The notes under the pieces are model-generated. The model did no database searches and was not told the origin of the DNA. It was given only the letters and a program-made list of their open reading frames with translations. This document shows positions 40,243-53,850 of a stretch of 64,000 bases of DNA, piece after piece (positions within the stretch are counted from its first letter, which is position 1; the number at the start of each line of letters is the position of its first letter). This DNA comes from Octopus vulgaris. Taxonomy: Eukaryota. The stretch lies in NCBI GenBank assembly GCA_951406725.2, contig OX597815.1:153946001-154010000 (forward strand), read 5' to 3'. Position numbers and translations under genes: made by a program.

Positions 40243-40755
40243 CTAGCAGTATCGCCCGGCGTTGCTCGGGTTTGTAAGGGAAATAACTATATAAGCATTT
40301 TTAGAGAGTTACTTCCTTTATAGATGCCAATTTGGGCTTTCTTAGCCATTTCTGTTTTGGTGTCTTCAAGCCATGAAGTCGTTGTTCTAAAAGAACGCTG
40401 GTTTCCTTCACAACGCATTACGACGTTGATTTCTTTACACTCCCTTCCCCACAGCTTCACGAGGGAGGGAAGGGGAGAAGCAAACAGGTGCAGCTGTGAG
40501 CGTGGACGCCAACTCCGCCGCCATCGACATACGATGCATTTTATGCATTAAAATGGAATAAAAAATGATGTTAAATTATTTTTAAAATCGTAGACTCATC
40601 GTTGACGCGCGCTAATAGTCAGACGGGCTCGATATAAATCACGACTATAAGATACCCGAATTTGGTTAAACTGCACCGCAAAATGTGGGAGGAGTTACGA
40701 ATCTAAATCGAAGGGGACAGACACTCACACAACTAGAGTTTTATATATATATAGA
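40243..40755 (-). mobile_element. Non-autonomous Helitron family 1, copy B (tandem with A)
   Basis: Same termini and highly similar body. Separated from copy A by TA. Confidence 0.85.
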
Positions 40756-40904
40756 TATGAACCATAGCGTCGCTGGTTACAGATCATGTCCATCAAGTGT
40801 TTCGTATGTTTCTGACTCCGTTTATGACTAGAGAGTGTTTTTAACTTGACATCTAGATGTGGGTCATATATTACTTTCAAATTTTGGCACAAAGAAATCA
40901 TTTT

Positions 40905-41075
40905 AGGGGAGGAGATATGTCATTTACATCGATCCAGGTGTTCGACTGGCACTTATTTTATCGACCCTGAAAGGGTGTAAGGCAAAATCGACCACGGCGG
41001 AATTTGAACTCCGAACATAGAGACGGACCAAATGCTGCTAAGCATTTTGCCCGTTGTGCTAGCGATTCTGGTAGC
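40905..41075 (-). mobile_element. SINE family A copy
   Basis: Reverse complement of the family A core. Further minus copies at ~43335-43503, ~58080-58240 and ~60380-60540. Confidence 0.75.
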
Positions 41076-42026
41076 TTAAATTGGACAATATATATACGTG
41101 TGTGTGTGTGTGTGTGTGTATGTATATGTACGTATGTGAGTGTATAAGTATATCTATGTATATATATATAACTTTACACACACACACACACACATGGATA
41201 CACATGCATGTGTGCATTCGTGTAACTGATGGTTCTTTAATAAAATTTCTGTTGACCAAAATCCTAGGATGTTGGCTACATGAAAGCTAAGCCAGAAGAC
41301 ACTTTACCAAAAATCCGGCTATGGACTTGAGAACGGTACGACGCTCTTTCAAAGTAATCTTTTCAACCAAGCAGCCGTGCTTGTAACCATTTTATTTCTA
41401 CCTGGTTCTTATTTCCGGCTGATATTTTATAGTTTTCATGTAATCTATCCGTTCTATATATTTTTCAATCAGCTTTAAAGTCTTATTAAAGCAAAGAATG
41501 TAAGAATCTTATTATCCGTCTTCTTGAAATAAAACATCCCAGTTCTAATCTAGTCTAAGATTATGTAAATATCGGATCAGATAAGATCTAGTTCACATTA
41601 CAGTCAACATTCGAAATCGCAGAAGATGCAAACCTACATTATTTACGAAGCCAAACTCGTATCCATTATATCTAAGCTGTATCTTAAGTGTATCATAAGG
41701 AATATATGAATGAATTAATTCAGTAAATCATTGTAGAATCAAATATCACATGTTGTGTAAGAATATATGCTTAAGATTTGGCAAGGACAAGCAATACTGA
41801 AATATTGGAGCATAAAACGGCTTATAATTTGGGATAACAGATAATATTGCAACGACATTGAATGCATATACAATGATGGTGTATGTACACACGAAGATAC
41901 ACACATACATACAGAAAATTATGTAAGACTTGTAAAATATGTACACACACATCACATACATATGCGTATATATATAATATTATATTATATTATAAAATAA
42001 GTGCAGGAAAGTTACATCAAAAAATT

Positions 42027-42194
42027 ATCACAGAAGATATACGTCCCAAATAATATTGTATTAATCGATAGATGTATAAATATATATATAGTATGATTAT
42101 TTAAAAGGTTTAAAAGTTTGAACTTTTAAACCTTTTAAATAATCATACTATATATCGATTAATACAATATTATTTGGGACATAACTTCTGTGAT
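42027..42194. repeat. Long AT-rich palindrome with ~75-bp arms and a 2-nt loop
   Basis: ...ATAGTATGATTATTTAAAAGGTTTAAAAGTT-TG-AACTTTTAAACCTTTTAAATAATCATACTAT... extends to GTCCCAAATAATATTGTATTAATCGATA / TATCGATTAATACAATATTATTTGGGAC. Confidence 0.9.
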
Positions 42195-42361
42195 TTTTCG
42201 ATAAAACGGTATAGGGGGAGTTAGCTAACAACTCCACAAACACAACCACAGACAGAATTTCCCACATATGTAGTAGATATATAACATAATATTGACTTAT
42301 GTGATATAGAATTCAAAATACAAGATTAACTATGAATCTGTTTGTGTAACCGTATCTCTTC

Positions 42362-42393
<32 letters not shown>

Positions 42394-42475
42394 TAGGATT
42401 ATACATATATACATATTCATACATATACATACATATATACATACATACAAACATACAAACATATATACATACATG

Positions 42476-42566
<91 letters not shown>

Positions 42567-42579
42567 TTATTCATCCATC

Positions 42580-43235
42580 ATATTCTCCGCCCAGTACTGC
42601 TAAGATGTTCGTGGGAATTGAGTCTTCATATATAATTTAAATATCATCCGACCGTGTCGTTCTTAATCTACCTGTAGTAGGTCTCCCGCCCATTCGCTCG
42701 GCTTGAGAAATCCACCTGGCAATTCTTTCCGGTGACATTCGAATGGCATGTTCATCGTACCGGAGCTGAAACCTCTCAGTGCTGAGATATAGTGGTTCGA
42801 ACTGGTTAGACACACCGGTGCCGGCGCTACGTATCCGGTTGAGTAACGTTACTCCAGCGATGCTTCGGAAGAAACCAATTTCGACCGCTTGTATTAACGT
42901 ATTTTTTCGGCTATTACCCACTATTGATGATAAAGATATGCACGAATTGAAGATAAAAAAGGTTGGCTCTTTTACCAGCTTCTTCTCTTTTGAGCATCGG
43001 AACTGGTGCTGGTCCATTACTGTACCAGCATTTGTAGTTCTACCATCCAATGCAGCTGTCTACCTCCTATCACTCATGAATGTGGCCTTGAAAATCCTAA
43101 ACATCTTCATTTTTCTCAGTAATGGTCCATTAAAATGTAGAGGATACTGGGAAGTCTTTCTTGAGCGGACCGATGTCTCAGATTTTGCAGCACTAATTCT
43201 CATCCCTCCCTCGCAGCACTCGACATTTAGTTTAA
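42580..43235 (-). mobile_element. RTE-clade LINE 3' remnant (Rex3/Expander-like)
   Basis: Minus translations VECCEGGMRISAAKSE and QAVEIGFFRSIAGVTLLNRIRS..EPLYL..ERFQLRY..H.IRMSPER...GGRPT.GRLRT. Confidence 0.75.
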
Positions 43236-43856
43236 ATACTTACATATTTTTTACAAACGAATAAAATAAATAGGATCTTCGATTCCTCAGTTTGTATAAA
43301 ATTGTGTGAGATATGAGCAAACTATAGACATTTGGGGAAGGGGTGAATCAATTACATCACCCCAGTACACAAATGGTACTTATTTTATCACTCCCGAAAG
43401 GTAAAGTCGACCTCAGTGGAATTTGAACTCAGGACGTAAAGACGGACGAAATTCTGCCAGGCATTTTGTCAGGCGCGGTAACGATTCTACCAGCTCGCCG
43501 CCTCACTAAAAACAAATAAGATCGATGTATGCCTGAAGATGTCGCTGTACTTACTAATGATCACACTTCTTTGTGAATGAAGAAATTCAATCTTTACTCA
43601 TCTTGAGTTTGAAAGTTAGTTATTACCCCTCTCTTTTATAAGATTTATCATTCACTTTAATGACTTTTATTTCTATTATGGTGACATTTAATAGAATAGA
43701 ATATTTTTTATGTGCTTACTACATTATATGTAACATTTTTCATTGAAATATATTCACTTAGCACTAACTAAATGAACAGAAATTTACTGTATCAGTTATG
43801 TTACAAATGTGAAGTTAATCAAAGATGTAAAACCTATTTTGTTTGCTTTACTCTAG

Positions 43857-43940
43857 GTACCAATGAGAGCAGCATCACTGAATTCCAACGACGTATTTGT
43901 TATTTTTGATGGACATCGCTGTTTCATTTGGGCAGGAAAG
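43857..43940 (+). CDS. Villin-like exon 10 (G5): VPMRAASLNSNDVFVIFDGHRCFIWAGK
   Basis: ctctAG acceptor, AAG|GTCAAA donor (weak consensus). ASLNSNDVF...W.GK motif. Confidence 0.96.
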
Positions 43941-44484
43941 GTCAAATTTTCTCTTTTCATATGTAATAATTTTATCCATTACATAATTAATTGGATTACC
44001 TCGAATTATCTATCTATCTGTCTATCTGTCTGTCTGTCTGTCTCCCAATCTTATAATAAAATCGTCAAACGATAGCACAGTTGTTACGGGTTTCCAAATG
44101 GAAATCTGGCAGCGAGAGTGATAAGAGAGTATCTCTAACTTGGTATACAACAAATACGGTAGGTGTCTTTGCTCGAAGAGCATATGCCTTTCGTGTTTTC
44201 TCACTGACGCTTACATCATTTCCCGATTTAAAATGTCGGAAGATAGACGCACACTCACATACACACATACACGCACGCACATAACACGCGCGCGCACATT
44301 AACGACACACTTCCACACAGTTTCCGTGTACCAAATTCACAACTTATTTGTCAACTCAAGGTTTCGGCAAATATCTTTCACTAGTTGTTGCACAATTTTG
44401 CAAAAACGTAATTGCAAGACAAATATGTTTACTATTTACATTCTTTATAATTGACGGATATTTGTCTTCATCTTGTTTGTTGGT

Positions 44485-44531
44485 AACACAACATTTCGGC
44501 TGATATACCCTCCAAGCCTTCATCAGGTGTC
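44485..44531 (-). ncRNA. Minimal (Penelope-type) type I hammerhead motif
   Basis: Minus strand GACAC-CTGATGA-A-GGCT..AGCC-GAAA-T-GT-T-GTGTT. Stem I GACAC/GTGTT. Loopless stem III, probably ACGT changed to ATGT by CpG decay. Confidence 0.7.
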
Positions 44532-44836
44532 TTGGGGATATTTTGAACCTGGATTCTCCAATGTTGTTGTTGTTATTATTATTATTATTGGAATCGAACT
44601 CGTAATCTTGGGGTTAGTAGCCCGCGCTCTTAACCACTACGTCATATGCCCGTAGACACTTATGGAGTGAATTTTAGGGCTTATAAATCTAATATTCTTC
44701 TATTCTTCCTTAATACCAGTTCTCATATGCTGTTCATATCTGCACTCGGTCTGCTTAGGAGGTTGTTGTGTCCTAGCATACGTGCTGCTTCTTTTCATGT
44801 ATTCTGTTTCCTTGCTTTCCATGTTAAGACGTTTTG

Positions 44837-46278
44837 ATTAGATATCTTGGTCAGGGTATAAAACAGCAACAAGAATAAGAAACTACAGAATCAACCGCAT
44901 TAGCAGCCGTTAATCTGCCTTTGATCTTAACAGAGATAATATATTAAAGATCCAATATATCGCATTCATGGCATTTCGAATAATTAAAAGAGTACTGGAG
45001 ATAATTGCTGTAATGTTATAAGAATATAGCTTCGGCTGAAAGCGTTGTGTGGACGTGGTTATTTATACATACATCCAATTATATAAATGCGTATATAAGC
45101 TCTGAGTGTGCAATTCTATCAGCATAGTCTGCAGTTGATCGGTGGTTTCAACGATGAGTAAAATGTCATCTGCGAATCGGAGGTTAGTTAGTTGATCGCT
45201 ATTGATGCTAACGCAGCATTTCCAATCAATAATCTTGATGACCATTTCTTGACATGCAGTAAAGAGCTTTGGATAGACGGTGGTACCTCCTTGCTTGTCA
45301 CCCTTCTCAATTGGGACCTTTTCTGCTGGTGATAACAGAATTATATCTGTTGTGCATCCAAAGTTCGCACATATGGGCAGTTTGATCTATTGCACCTCGA
45401 CACCTTGCATTTCCAGAGATTTCAACACTGCATTCACCTCGACCTTATCGAAGGACTTTTCACAATCAACAAAAGCCACATACAGAGGAAGCTTGTATTT
45501 GTTCTCTTGTCTATCATCAGTGTTAGAATGAATATGTGATCTGTCATACTAGATCACATACACACACCTATACATATTATATGAAACCAAATAATATCAG
45601 CTTTAGCTTCACATCTCATGTATATTGTTTAAATCTATTATATATGTTGGCATATAAATGGCAATGCTAACGAAAATAAATATTTGTTGAAATTACAAAG
45701 ATTATGTGACAGAAATCAGTAGAAATGGTTTCAGTTTAAAATACAATGGTAGGCATACTGATTTTCAGCATTTAATTATATTTGCTAAAATGATTTAATT
45801 GCAGTATTCATTCTCATTTCCCCCAACCTTCTCATTTAATTAATCTGGTTTCAAACCAACAAAAGACATTCTATAGTGTATAGCTATCTCCTAGAAATAG
45901 CACCCAAATCTCTCCTAGATAGAATTTTAGTGTTGCAAAGAAACCATATTAAGTAAAATAGACATACGCATCTCTTAAAAGAGGAAAGGGTCAGTCCCGA
46001 AAAGCATTTCATTAGATATCTTGATCGGAGTATAAAGTAACAAGAATAATAAGAAACTATAAAAGCAACTGCATTAATAACCGGTATTCTGCCTTTGATC
46101 TCACCAGAGATAATACATTAAAGATCCAATATATCGCATTCATGGCATTTTGAATAATTAAAAGAGTATTGGAGATGATAACCGCAATGTAAGCTGCTAG
46201 CGAACGGATATAGTTTCGGCTGAAAGTGTTGTGTGGATGTGGTTATTTATACATAATCCAATTATATAGATGCTTATA
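44837..46278 (+). repeat. Diverged direct repeat pair of ~260 bp (44837-45095 and 46011-46278)
   Basis: Shared TAGATATCTTG...ATTAAAGATCCAATATATCGCATTCATGGCATTT...TTCGGCTGAAAG...ATCCAATTATATA. Confidence 0.85.
45105..45545 (-). mobile_element. RTE-clade reverse transcriptase fragment
   Basis: YKLPLYVAFVDCEKSFDKVE and LTNLRFADDILLI (FADD catalytic motif). Confidence 0.85.
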
Positions 46279-46716
46279 TACATACATAACACACATGATA
46301 CGTGCAACCAAATATGTATGTGTAGACATATATATATATATGAATATGTAAATACGTACATATATACATACATATATACAACCAACCAATCAGCTTAAGT
46401 AATTGAGTGATACTACACACTGATTGGTCAGAATACAGTTTGCAAAACCTAGCACTCTGGAGCACTACCCAGCTGTATTTATAGCACAGAATCACTCATC
46501 TTGCTACAGTCAAAAATTGTGAAGCATGACTGTCAACACTACTACATGAACCCGAAGATTGCAGAATTCAATGCATGAAAGTACTAGTTCAATCAGAATG
46601 AATATTTAACATTCTACTATTTCATTTTATTTTATTCAATTATAATATATTATCTTATAATATATCATTATAAGATTGTAAATAAAACGTGAAAATCAGA
46701 CAAGGTTGGAATTCTT

Positions 46717-46926
<210 letters not shown>

Positions 46927-47395
46927 GAGGGCGTGCTGGGAAGTTCTTGGATTGAAGGATATCGCGAAAGGATTAGTTGGAAGCTCAACCTTCTCACAAC
47001 TCACACACACACGCACCCGCGTACATATACATACATATCCCCAGATCTACATACATGCACAAAAGTAAATGGACAAACGAAAGAACGTGGTATTTGCCAC
47101 ACGTGATAGGAAATATATATATACTATTTAATAATAGTTTGATTCAACTTCATGCGACTTAAAGTTCCGTGAGTTCTTGAAACGAATCTAGCTTTTGTGG
47201 CTTAACTAAACTAACTGATTATCTAAGTCTGAAGAGCTATGGTTAATTTTACGGGCTACTAGGCCAGGAAATCTTAAGCTGCATGGAACGGAATCAAACC
47301 GTTTTATAATATATGTATGTGTATACACCAATAGGTTCCTAAATAAATCACACACACATGTATACACATATGTATATGTATATGTGTATGTATAT

Positions 47396-47444
<49 letters not shown>

Positions 47445-47472
47445 ATATATATGACTATACTGATATAATTAT

Positions 47473-47510
<38 letters not shown>

Positions 47511-47717
47511 GTACATAAACACACACGCACACATATAAGTATATCGTATTTTACAAGCAAGAAAGTTCGAACTCAGTAAGACCGTGTAGACAGCACAAAG
47601 ATTGGGTATCATAACCTTATAAGACAGAAAAATGTTCCCAGCAGACTGGAAGCTGTACTCCTCAGACACCAAACACATTCGACGCTTCCAAATGATGTCA
47701 CATAGTTATATATAATA

Positions 47718-48233
47718 CTAGCAGTATCGCCCGGCGTTGCTCGGGTTTGTAAGGGAAATAACTATATAAGCATTTTTAGAGAGTTACTTCCTTTATAGAT
47801 GCCAATTCGGGCTTTCTTAGCCATTTCTGTTTTGGTGTCTTCAAGCCATGAAGTCGTTGTTCTAAAAGAACGCTGGTCTCCTTGACAACGCATTACGACG
47901 TTGATTTCCTTAAACTCCCTTCCCCACAGCTTCACGAGGGAGGGAAGAAGGGGAGAAGCAAACACAGGTGCAGGTGTTTGAGCGTGGACGCCAAATCAGC
48001 CGCCATCGACACACGAAAAATTATGCATTAAAATGGAATAAAAAATGATGTTAAATTATTTTTAAAATCGTAGACTCATCGTAGACGCGCGCTAATAGCC
48101 AGTCGGGCTTGATATTAATCACGACTATAAGATACCCGAATTTGGTTAAACTGCACCGCAAAATGTGGGAGGAGTTAGGAATCTAAATCGAAGGGGACAG
48201 ACACTCACACAACTACAGTTTTATATATATAGA
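47718..48233 (-). mobile_element. Non-autonomous Helitron family 1, copy C
   Basis: Same TC...hairpin...CTAG termini and body as 39728-40755. Confidence 0.85.
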
Positions 48234-48650
48234 TATGGTTGTGAACTCTCCTGCCATTAGCGACAGATCAAGGTTCTGCAGTGTCTTGGTGAATAACCTG
48301 ATTTGTTGGCGGTGATCGAATGTTTGTGCTATCTCAATACTGGAACTGAGTCTACTATCTTTTGACCTTGTGTGCAAGACTCTAACCATTAAGTCACGCA
48401 GAATCACAAAATAATGCTGAAATTAATTTTCCTACATTTACAGATTCAAAATATTTTGTATATGAAGTGTTATCGGAATTAGCGAAAACGGGGGCACCTT
48501 TTAAATACAACTCTTTAAAATATTACGACCTAATGCATACCCACCCACCCCGTCAAAGAACTGCACAAACAGTCTTCTCCCCACAAACATAATTTCGTCA
48601 TATTAAATATGACTGCATGCACTCGAACATGCTGAAGATGAATTTACACC

Positions 48651-48715
<65 letters not shown>

Positions 48716-48737
48716 CATATATATATATATATATATA

Positions 48738-49628
48738 TCCGACTCGGCAATGACACCCCGGTCTCGCGCCATTTCCGCTCTACCTGTCACTCTTTGCAAC
48801 ACCTCTCCGTGTTCGGACTGTCCTTGCATAGGGGCTATTCGGACTCCCGCTTGCGCCGCGAACAGGGCTTAATCTTCTTTCTTAGCTCCTTTGCACCATA
48901 TGGGCTCAACTCTCCTCTTCACCCCTACCCACTCCTACCCACCTTTTCTTCTCTTCACTCCTACCCACCTTCTCCTTCCTCCCTTCATCGTCACCCCTCC
49001 TCGTAAGCCCACCCCACCCCACCCATACACATTCCAACCCCACCTTCCCTATCCTTCCACATTCCACGCCACCCCACCCCTTACACCCATACCCACGTAC
49101 CCCACCTTTACACCCACCCTCCGTCTACCCCAACACCTCCACCCCACCATCAGCCTAACCCACACCCACCTTTGCTTTCCCCACTCCCGCCTCCCAACAC
49201 CACCACACCACACCACACACCACTATATCTTACACGACCATACCACACAACACATCACATCACAACACAAGACCACGCACACATCAGCAATGATCACTTC
49301 CCAGACCCACATTTTCACACCTACACATACACACACGCATACCTCAATATCACCAGCCCTCTTCCACACGCATATACAAACTCTCTTATACACACGCACG
49401 TGCATCTTCGTTTTGGGATCACCACCACCTTGTTATCTCCCCTTCTTCCAAGCTCTCCTGTGTGACCCTTCTGTCCGGCCATCGCCATGATAGATCGCTA
49501 GCCACTAGACATTCTTTATGTTCTCTCCTTGTTTCTTTCTGTGTTACTTCCTGTGGAAGAGCATAGGCTCGAAACGTTAAAGACTTTTTCAGTTCTCGAG
49601 CGTTATACTAATACATCTGTTTGTTGTC

Positions 49629-49630
<2 letters not shown>
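48738..49630 (+). mobile_element. Penelope-like element 3' part: GIY-YIG C-terminus, C/A-rich low-complexity spacer, pLTR with hammerhead-like motif
   Basis: IRLGNDTPVSRHFRSTCHSLQHLSVFGL...RLRREQGLIFFLSSFAPYGLN matches the PLE PV..HF...H...R...E..LI..L....P.GLN ending. Flanked by (TA)n on both sides. Confidence 0.8.
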
Positions 49631-49679
<49 letters not shown>

Positions 49680-49721
49680 ATATATATATATATTATATAT
49701 GTGTGTGTTTGTGTGTATGTG

Positions 49722-50030
49722 TGGAGGCGCAATGGCCCAGTGTTTAGGGCAGGGGACTCGCGGTTGTAGGATCGCTGTTTCGATTCCCAAACCGGGCGTT
49801 GTGCTTATTGAGTGAAAACACCTAAAGCTCCAGGAGGTTCCGGCACGGGGTGGTAGCGATCTCTGCTGTACTCTTTCACCACAAATTTCTCTCACTCTTT
49901 ATTCTGTTAGCCTGCTCGCTTAGCCAGCGGGGTGGCGCCATTTGAAGGTTAAAACAATGCGAATCGCATTGTGACCAGCGATGTGCAGCAACATCTGATA
50001 GCCTGGTCGGTCACGGTGATCACAGTGATA
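49722..50030 (+). mobile_element. tRNA-derived SINE family C
   Basis: GGAGGCGCAATGGCCCAGTGTTTAGG (A box) and TTTCGATTCCC (B box) head, a ~230-bp GC-rich body, ending at (TA)n. Confidence 0.65.
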
Positions 50031-50035
50031 TATAT

Positions 50036-50087
<52 letters not shown>

Positions 50088-50805
50088 ACACACATTTATA
50101 TACACACACAATTATATATATGCAAATGTACATATACGGGCGCGTACGCACTTGCACATTCAGACACATCATATATATGCATCTATACATACCCATACAC
50201 AAACACGTTCTTTTGTGTCGATTAAAACTTTAGAATCTGGTATGTGAGAGATTAAGTTGTTGTTCTTTGCAAGTTGATCATTCACATAGGGGATAGCTTT
50301 TTGTGTTATTTTAGGTTGTTACCGTGTTGCTGTTATTCTTCAAACCCTAGGTCAAGCATGATCTACCATACCCATGACTAAAGGCTTTCCAGCCGTGACT
50401 TTCCTGGTTTTCCAGCCGTAATCTAAGGCCAACATTAATTTTTTCATGATTTCAGAAGAGGTTGATTGTGTGATTTAAAGGAGATTTGGCTGTTATTTTT
50501 ATGGACAACGATACATGGGAGATTTGGTGGCTGCTTCCGCAGACAACGTTTGGGATTCGCTGTGCTGCATCGTGTTATTATGCAATACATAAATGCAAAT
50601 GTAGCAACGAAGAGACTAAACCTGTTTTTGTCTTTAAAGTGTGTGTTCCCTATCTGTGTTACGAGGACGTCTTGTAAAATTTATGACTATTTAAAATTAT
50701 CCCATTAATGTGAACGTTTTATATTAATCAATTATTGACTACTTAATTATGCTGTCTTACATGAATCACTACTGTAATATATGTTTAATGTTTTTTTTCT
50801 GACAG

Positions 50806-50852
50806 GGAAGCACAGGAGATGAAAGAGAAATGGCAAAAAATATTTCCGATGG
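50806..50852 (+). CDS. Villin-like exon 11 (G5 helix): GSTGDEREMAKNISDG
   Basis: ttttctgacAG acceptor, GG|GTATGT donor. GSTGDEREMAK is a villin/advillin signature. Confidence 0.95.
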
Positions 50853-51052
50853 GTATGTGACATTTGCAAATACGTTCACGAACAAGTTATCTGACAAGAA
50901 AAAAGAATAATCAAAAGTGAATATTAATGTTATATATAAAAAATGAAAGGATGAAAACCAGGGATTGAGAAAGGCAGAAAGACTAAAAGAAGAGAGAAAT
51001 GAGAAAGAGAAGGAAAAAGAGAAGAAGAAAGGGAGAGAAAGAAATGGAAAAT

Positions 51053-51105
<53 letters not shown>

Positions 51106-51979
51106 TATCATCCGATAGTGTTTCAGCTAGCATCATACATTCGGACTAGCAATCGAAAGATCAGTAGTTCGTATGCCATAAATAAAACTTGTGTTTCAGG
51201 GATGATCGAGACAATTGACTTTCACTGGCTCTATATATTGACTTGATACATTACTCTATTTAAGTGTAGTTATGCGTTGCAGGAACACTAAATAATTAGT
51301 GATTTAGTGTTGCGCTAGTTTGCAGCGAGCGTTGTTTCGAATTTCTCTCGTGTGCCTAGGCAATGACAAAAATATTGCTACAACAAAATTGTGATACGTT
51401 CACACCTGCATTGGAGAATTCGTTTTTCCTAATAAGAAATTTTCATAATTAGTTGAGATACTGTGATCATATTAAGAAGATAAAACAAATCACTATTATG
51501 AAGTTAATTTCTCTGGTGGATTTATCATTTCGTTACGAGAAATGCCATTACGTTAAAACTCAAATATAAATGATGTTAAATGATAATAAAACGAAGAATC
51601 TAATGGGAAACTGGAGAAAAACAAGTTAATAAGTGCATTATCAATTATCAAAACTAAACTCTTGTTTGGAATGAATGTTACTAATGCACACACACACTAT
51701 GCAGGTGTGTTATGAACTAGTGACATATAATTATATATTCTTTGTAATATAAAGTTGAAATAGTTGCTAAACATACTTGTTTGTCCAGGTGGATTTATTA
51801 TTTAACTCCAATAAATAACTTGACGTTGACAACTGAAAACAAAATTGTTGCTAAAGATTCTTAAAACGGAAAAATCTGAGAAACTCGACTAAAACATGTT
51901 AATGAGTACATTGGCAATCTTCAAAATAAATTAGTTTTGTCATTTGTTGCTTGAAATGTTATTAATATTATTAATTCTA

Positions 51980-52301
51980 AAGACTCCGCCGGTTACGACG
52001 ACGAGGGTCCCAGCTGATACGATCAACGGAACAGCCTGCTCGTGAAATTAACGCGCAAATGGCTGAGCATTCCACAGACACGTGTACCCTTAACGTAGTT
52101 CTCGGGGATAATCAGCGTGACACAGAGAGTGACAAGGCTGACCCTTTGAAATACAAGTACAACTCATTTTTGCCAGCTGAGTGGACTGGAGCAACGTGAA
52201 ATAAAGTGTGTTGCTCAAGGACACAACGCGTCGCCGGGAATCGAACTCACAACCTTACGATCATGAGCCGAATGCCCTAACCACTAAGCCACGCGCCCTC
52301 A
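51980..52301 (-). mobile_element. tRNA-derived SINE family D
   Basis: Minus strand GGGCGCGTGGCTTAGTGGTTAGGGC...GAGTTCGATTCCCGG, then a GTGTCCTTGAGCAACACACTT central domain. Confidence 0.75.
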
Positions 52302-53201
52302 CTATTATTAATTAGTGTATGTGCGTTATGAATAAATAGCCTTATAGAAATATTATCAATTTAAAAAAAATAGTTAAAATAATTTCTAAACCTAGTTATT
52401 TCTCGTGTTCCTAATTACAAATCTCTACTATTTCAATAAGTGGAATGAACAGTTGTGATGTTCAATCGTTTAAAAAATGGGGAAATCGAGAATCGGACTT
52501 CATGCTAATTTTTTGAGGTGGCCTACCCTATATAGTCTTGTTGTCGTTTCTGTCCACCTCACTACTTGGGTTTTGGAGTACCTTGGTCAGTTGTGATCCG
52601 TTGATTCTGTATAAATTTCTATCATATAATTTGTACCAGCACACATATACAGAGATGATGTATTGGAGCAGTTGTAGTTTACTAAATTGAATATAGTAAA
52701 TATTTCCTGCACACTAATACTGGAATAAAATGTAATGTTGAAGCTGACAGGCAAAATTTGAACCGAGGCATTAAACAAAGAAACTGATTACCGCTCAGCA
52801 TGTTAACATCTCTGATACCCTTTAAAACCTTATAATATTACAGTAATTTGCTTTAAGGTAATAGTAATAATACTGGGTTCCAATTTTGGTGCGAGACAGT
52901 AATTCTATAGAGTTGGGGTTGTTGCAGGATTTAATATTTTTAAAGTTTGCATGCTTTCGAAATAATTAACGTTTTAAATAGAACAAAGTTTTATATAATA
53001 TATTTGAGAGTATTAATAAATTTCGTTGACTGGTTATCATTATATGCGTTCAGGCAACCGTTTGCAAGAAGTAAACGAATTCTATAAACGCTTCTCCAAA
53101 GCAACATAGCAAGTTCACTTGCTAGTCAATCACTGTTCGTTAAACTCAGGATACGAAAAAGGAATAAAAACTTAGTTCTTATTATTATTAGCTAAGCTAA
53201 A

Positions 53202-53850
53202 GCGGCGAGCTGGCAGAGTCGTAACCGCATCAGACAAAATGCCTTGCAGTATTTCGTCCGTTTTTATGTTCTGAACTCAAATTCCGTGGAGGTCGATTTC
53301 CTTTTCCTCCTTTCGGGTTGATAAAGAAAGTTCCAATCAAATACCGGGATTGATGTAATCGACTTACCCCACCCTTAAAACTCAAGCATTGTGCTTATAA
53401 CAGAAAGGATTATTACTAGCAAACCTAAGGCGGTGAGCTCGTAAAATTATTATCGTGCTGGACAAAAAGGTCAGAGGCATTTCTTTCAGCTTTAAATTCT
53501 GAGTTCAAATGCCGTCGGGATCTTTGCCATTTATAATTTCAGAAATCGGTAAATTAGGACCCAGTTGAGTACTGGGGTCGGTATAATTGAGTAACTTACT
53601 CTACCTGTATTTCAGGCCTTTTAGAAGGCTATTGTAGAAAAGATTCTTATTATCAAAGCTAGGGTGTAGGTTGACAGAGTCATTAGAGCGTGGCAGACCT
53701 CTCCACCTCTGAGTCTAAATAACACCACAACCAACAGCGCCTTTTATTCTTTCAGAGTTGATAAAATAAAGTTCTTGTCACATACTGCAGTCGATTGAAA
53801 CGGCTAATCCGTTCCAACAAATTTTAGTCTCCATAGTTTTGTTAGAAATA
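53202..53850 (+). mobile_element. Three tandem, increasingly diverged SINE family A copies
   Basis: Units start near 53202, 53428 and 53660, each with the GAGCTGGCAGA/CTGAGTTCAAAT/GGGGTCGAT pattern. Another + copy at ~56905-57115. Confidence 0.7.

Noticed and set aside
39728-40755. Tandem repeats or microsatellite-spaced repeats as a CRISPR-like array
   Set aside because: Eukaryotic context, no regular short repeat-spacer periodicity and no cas genes. The units are Helitrons and SINEs.
48891-49490. 199-aa Pro/His/Thr-rich ORF
   Set aside because: C/A-rich low-complexity spacer inside the Penelope-like element, with no splice or domain support.
52230-52300. tRNA-like sequences (also 49722-49795 and 44590-44651)
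   Set aside because: They have A/B boxes but no complete cloverleaf and continue into repeat bodies, so they are SINE heads rather than tRNA genes.
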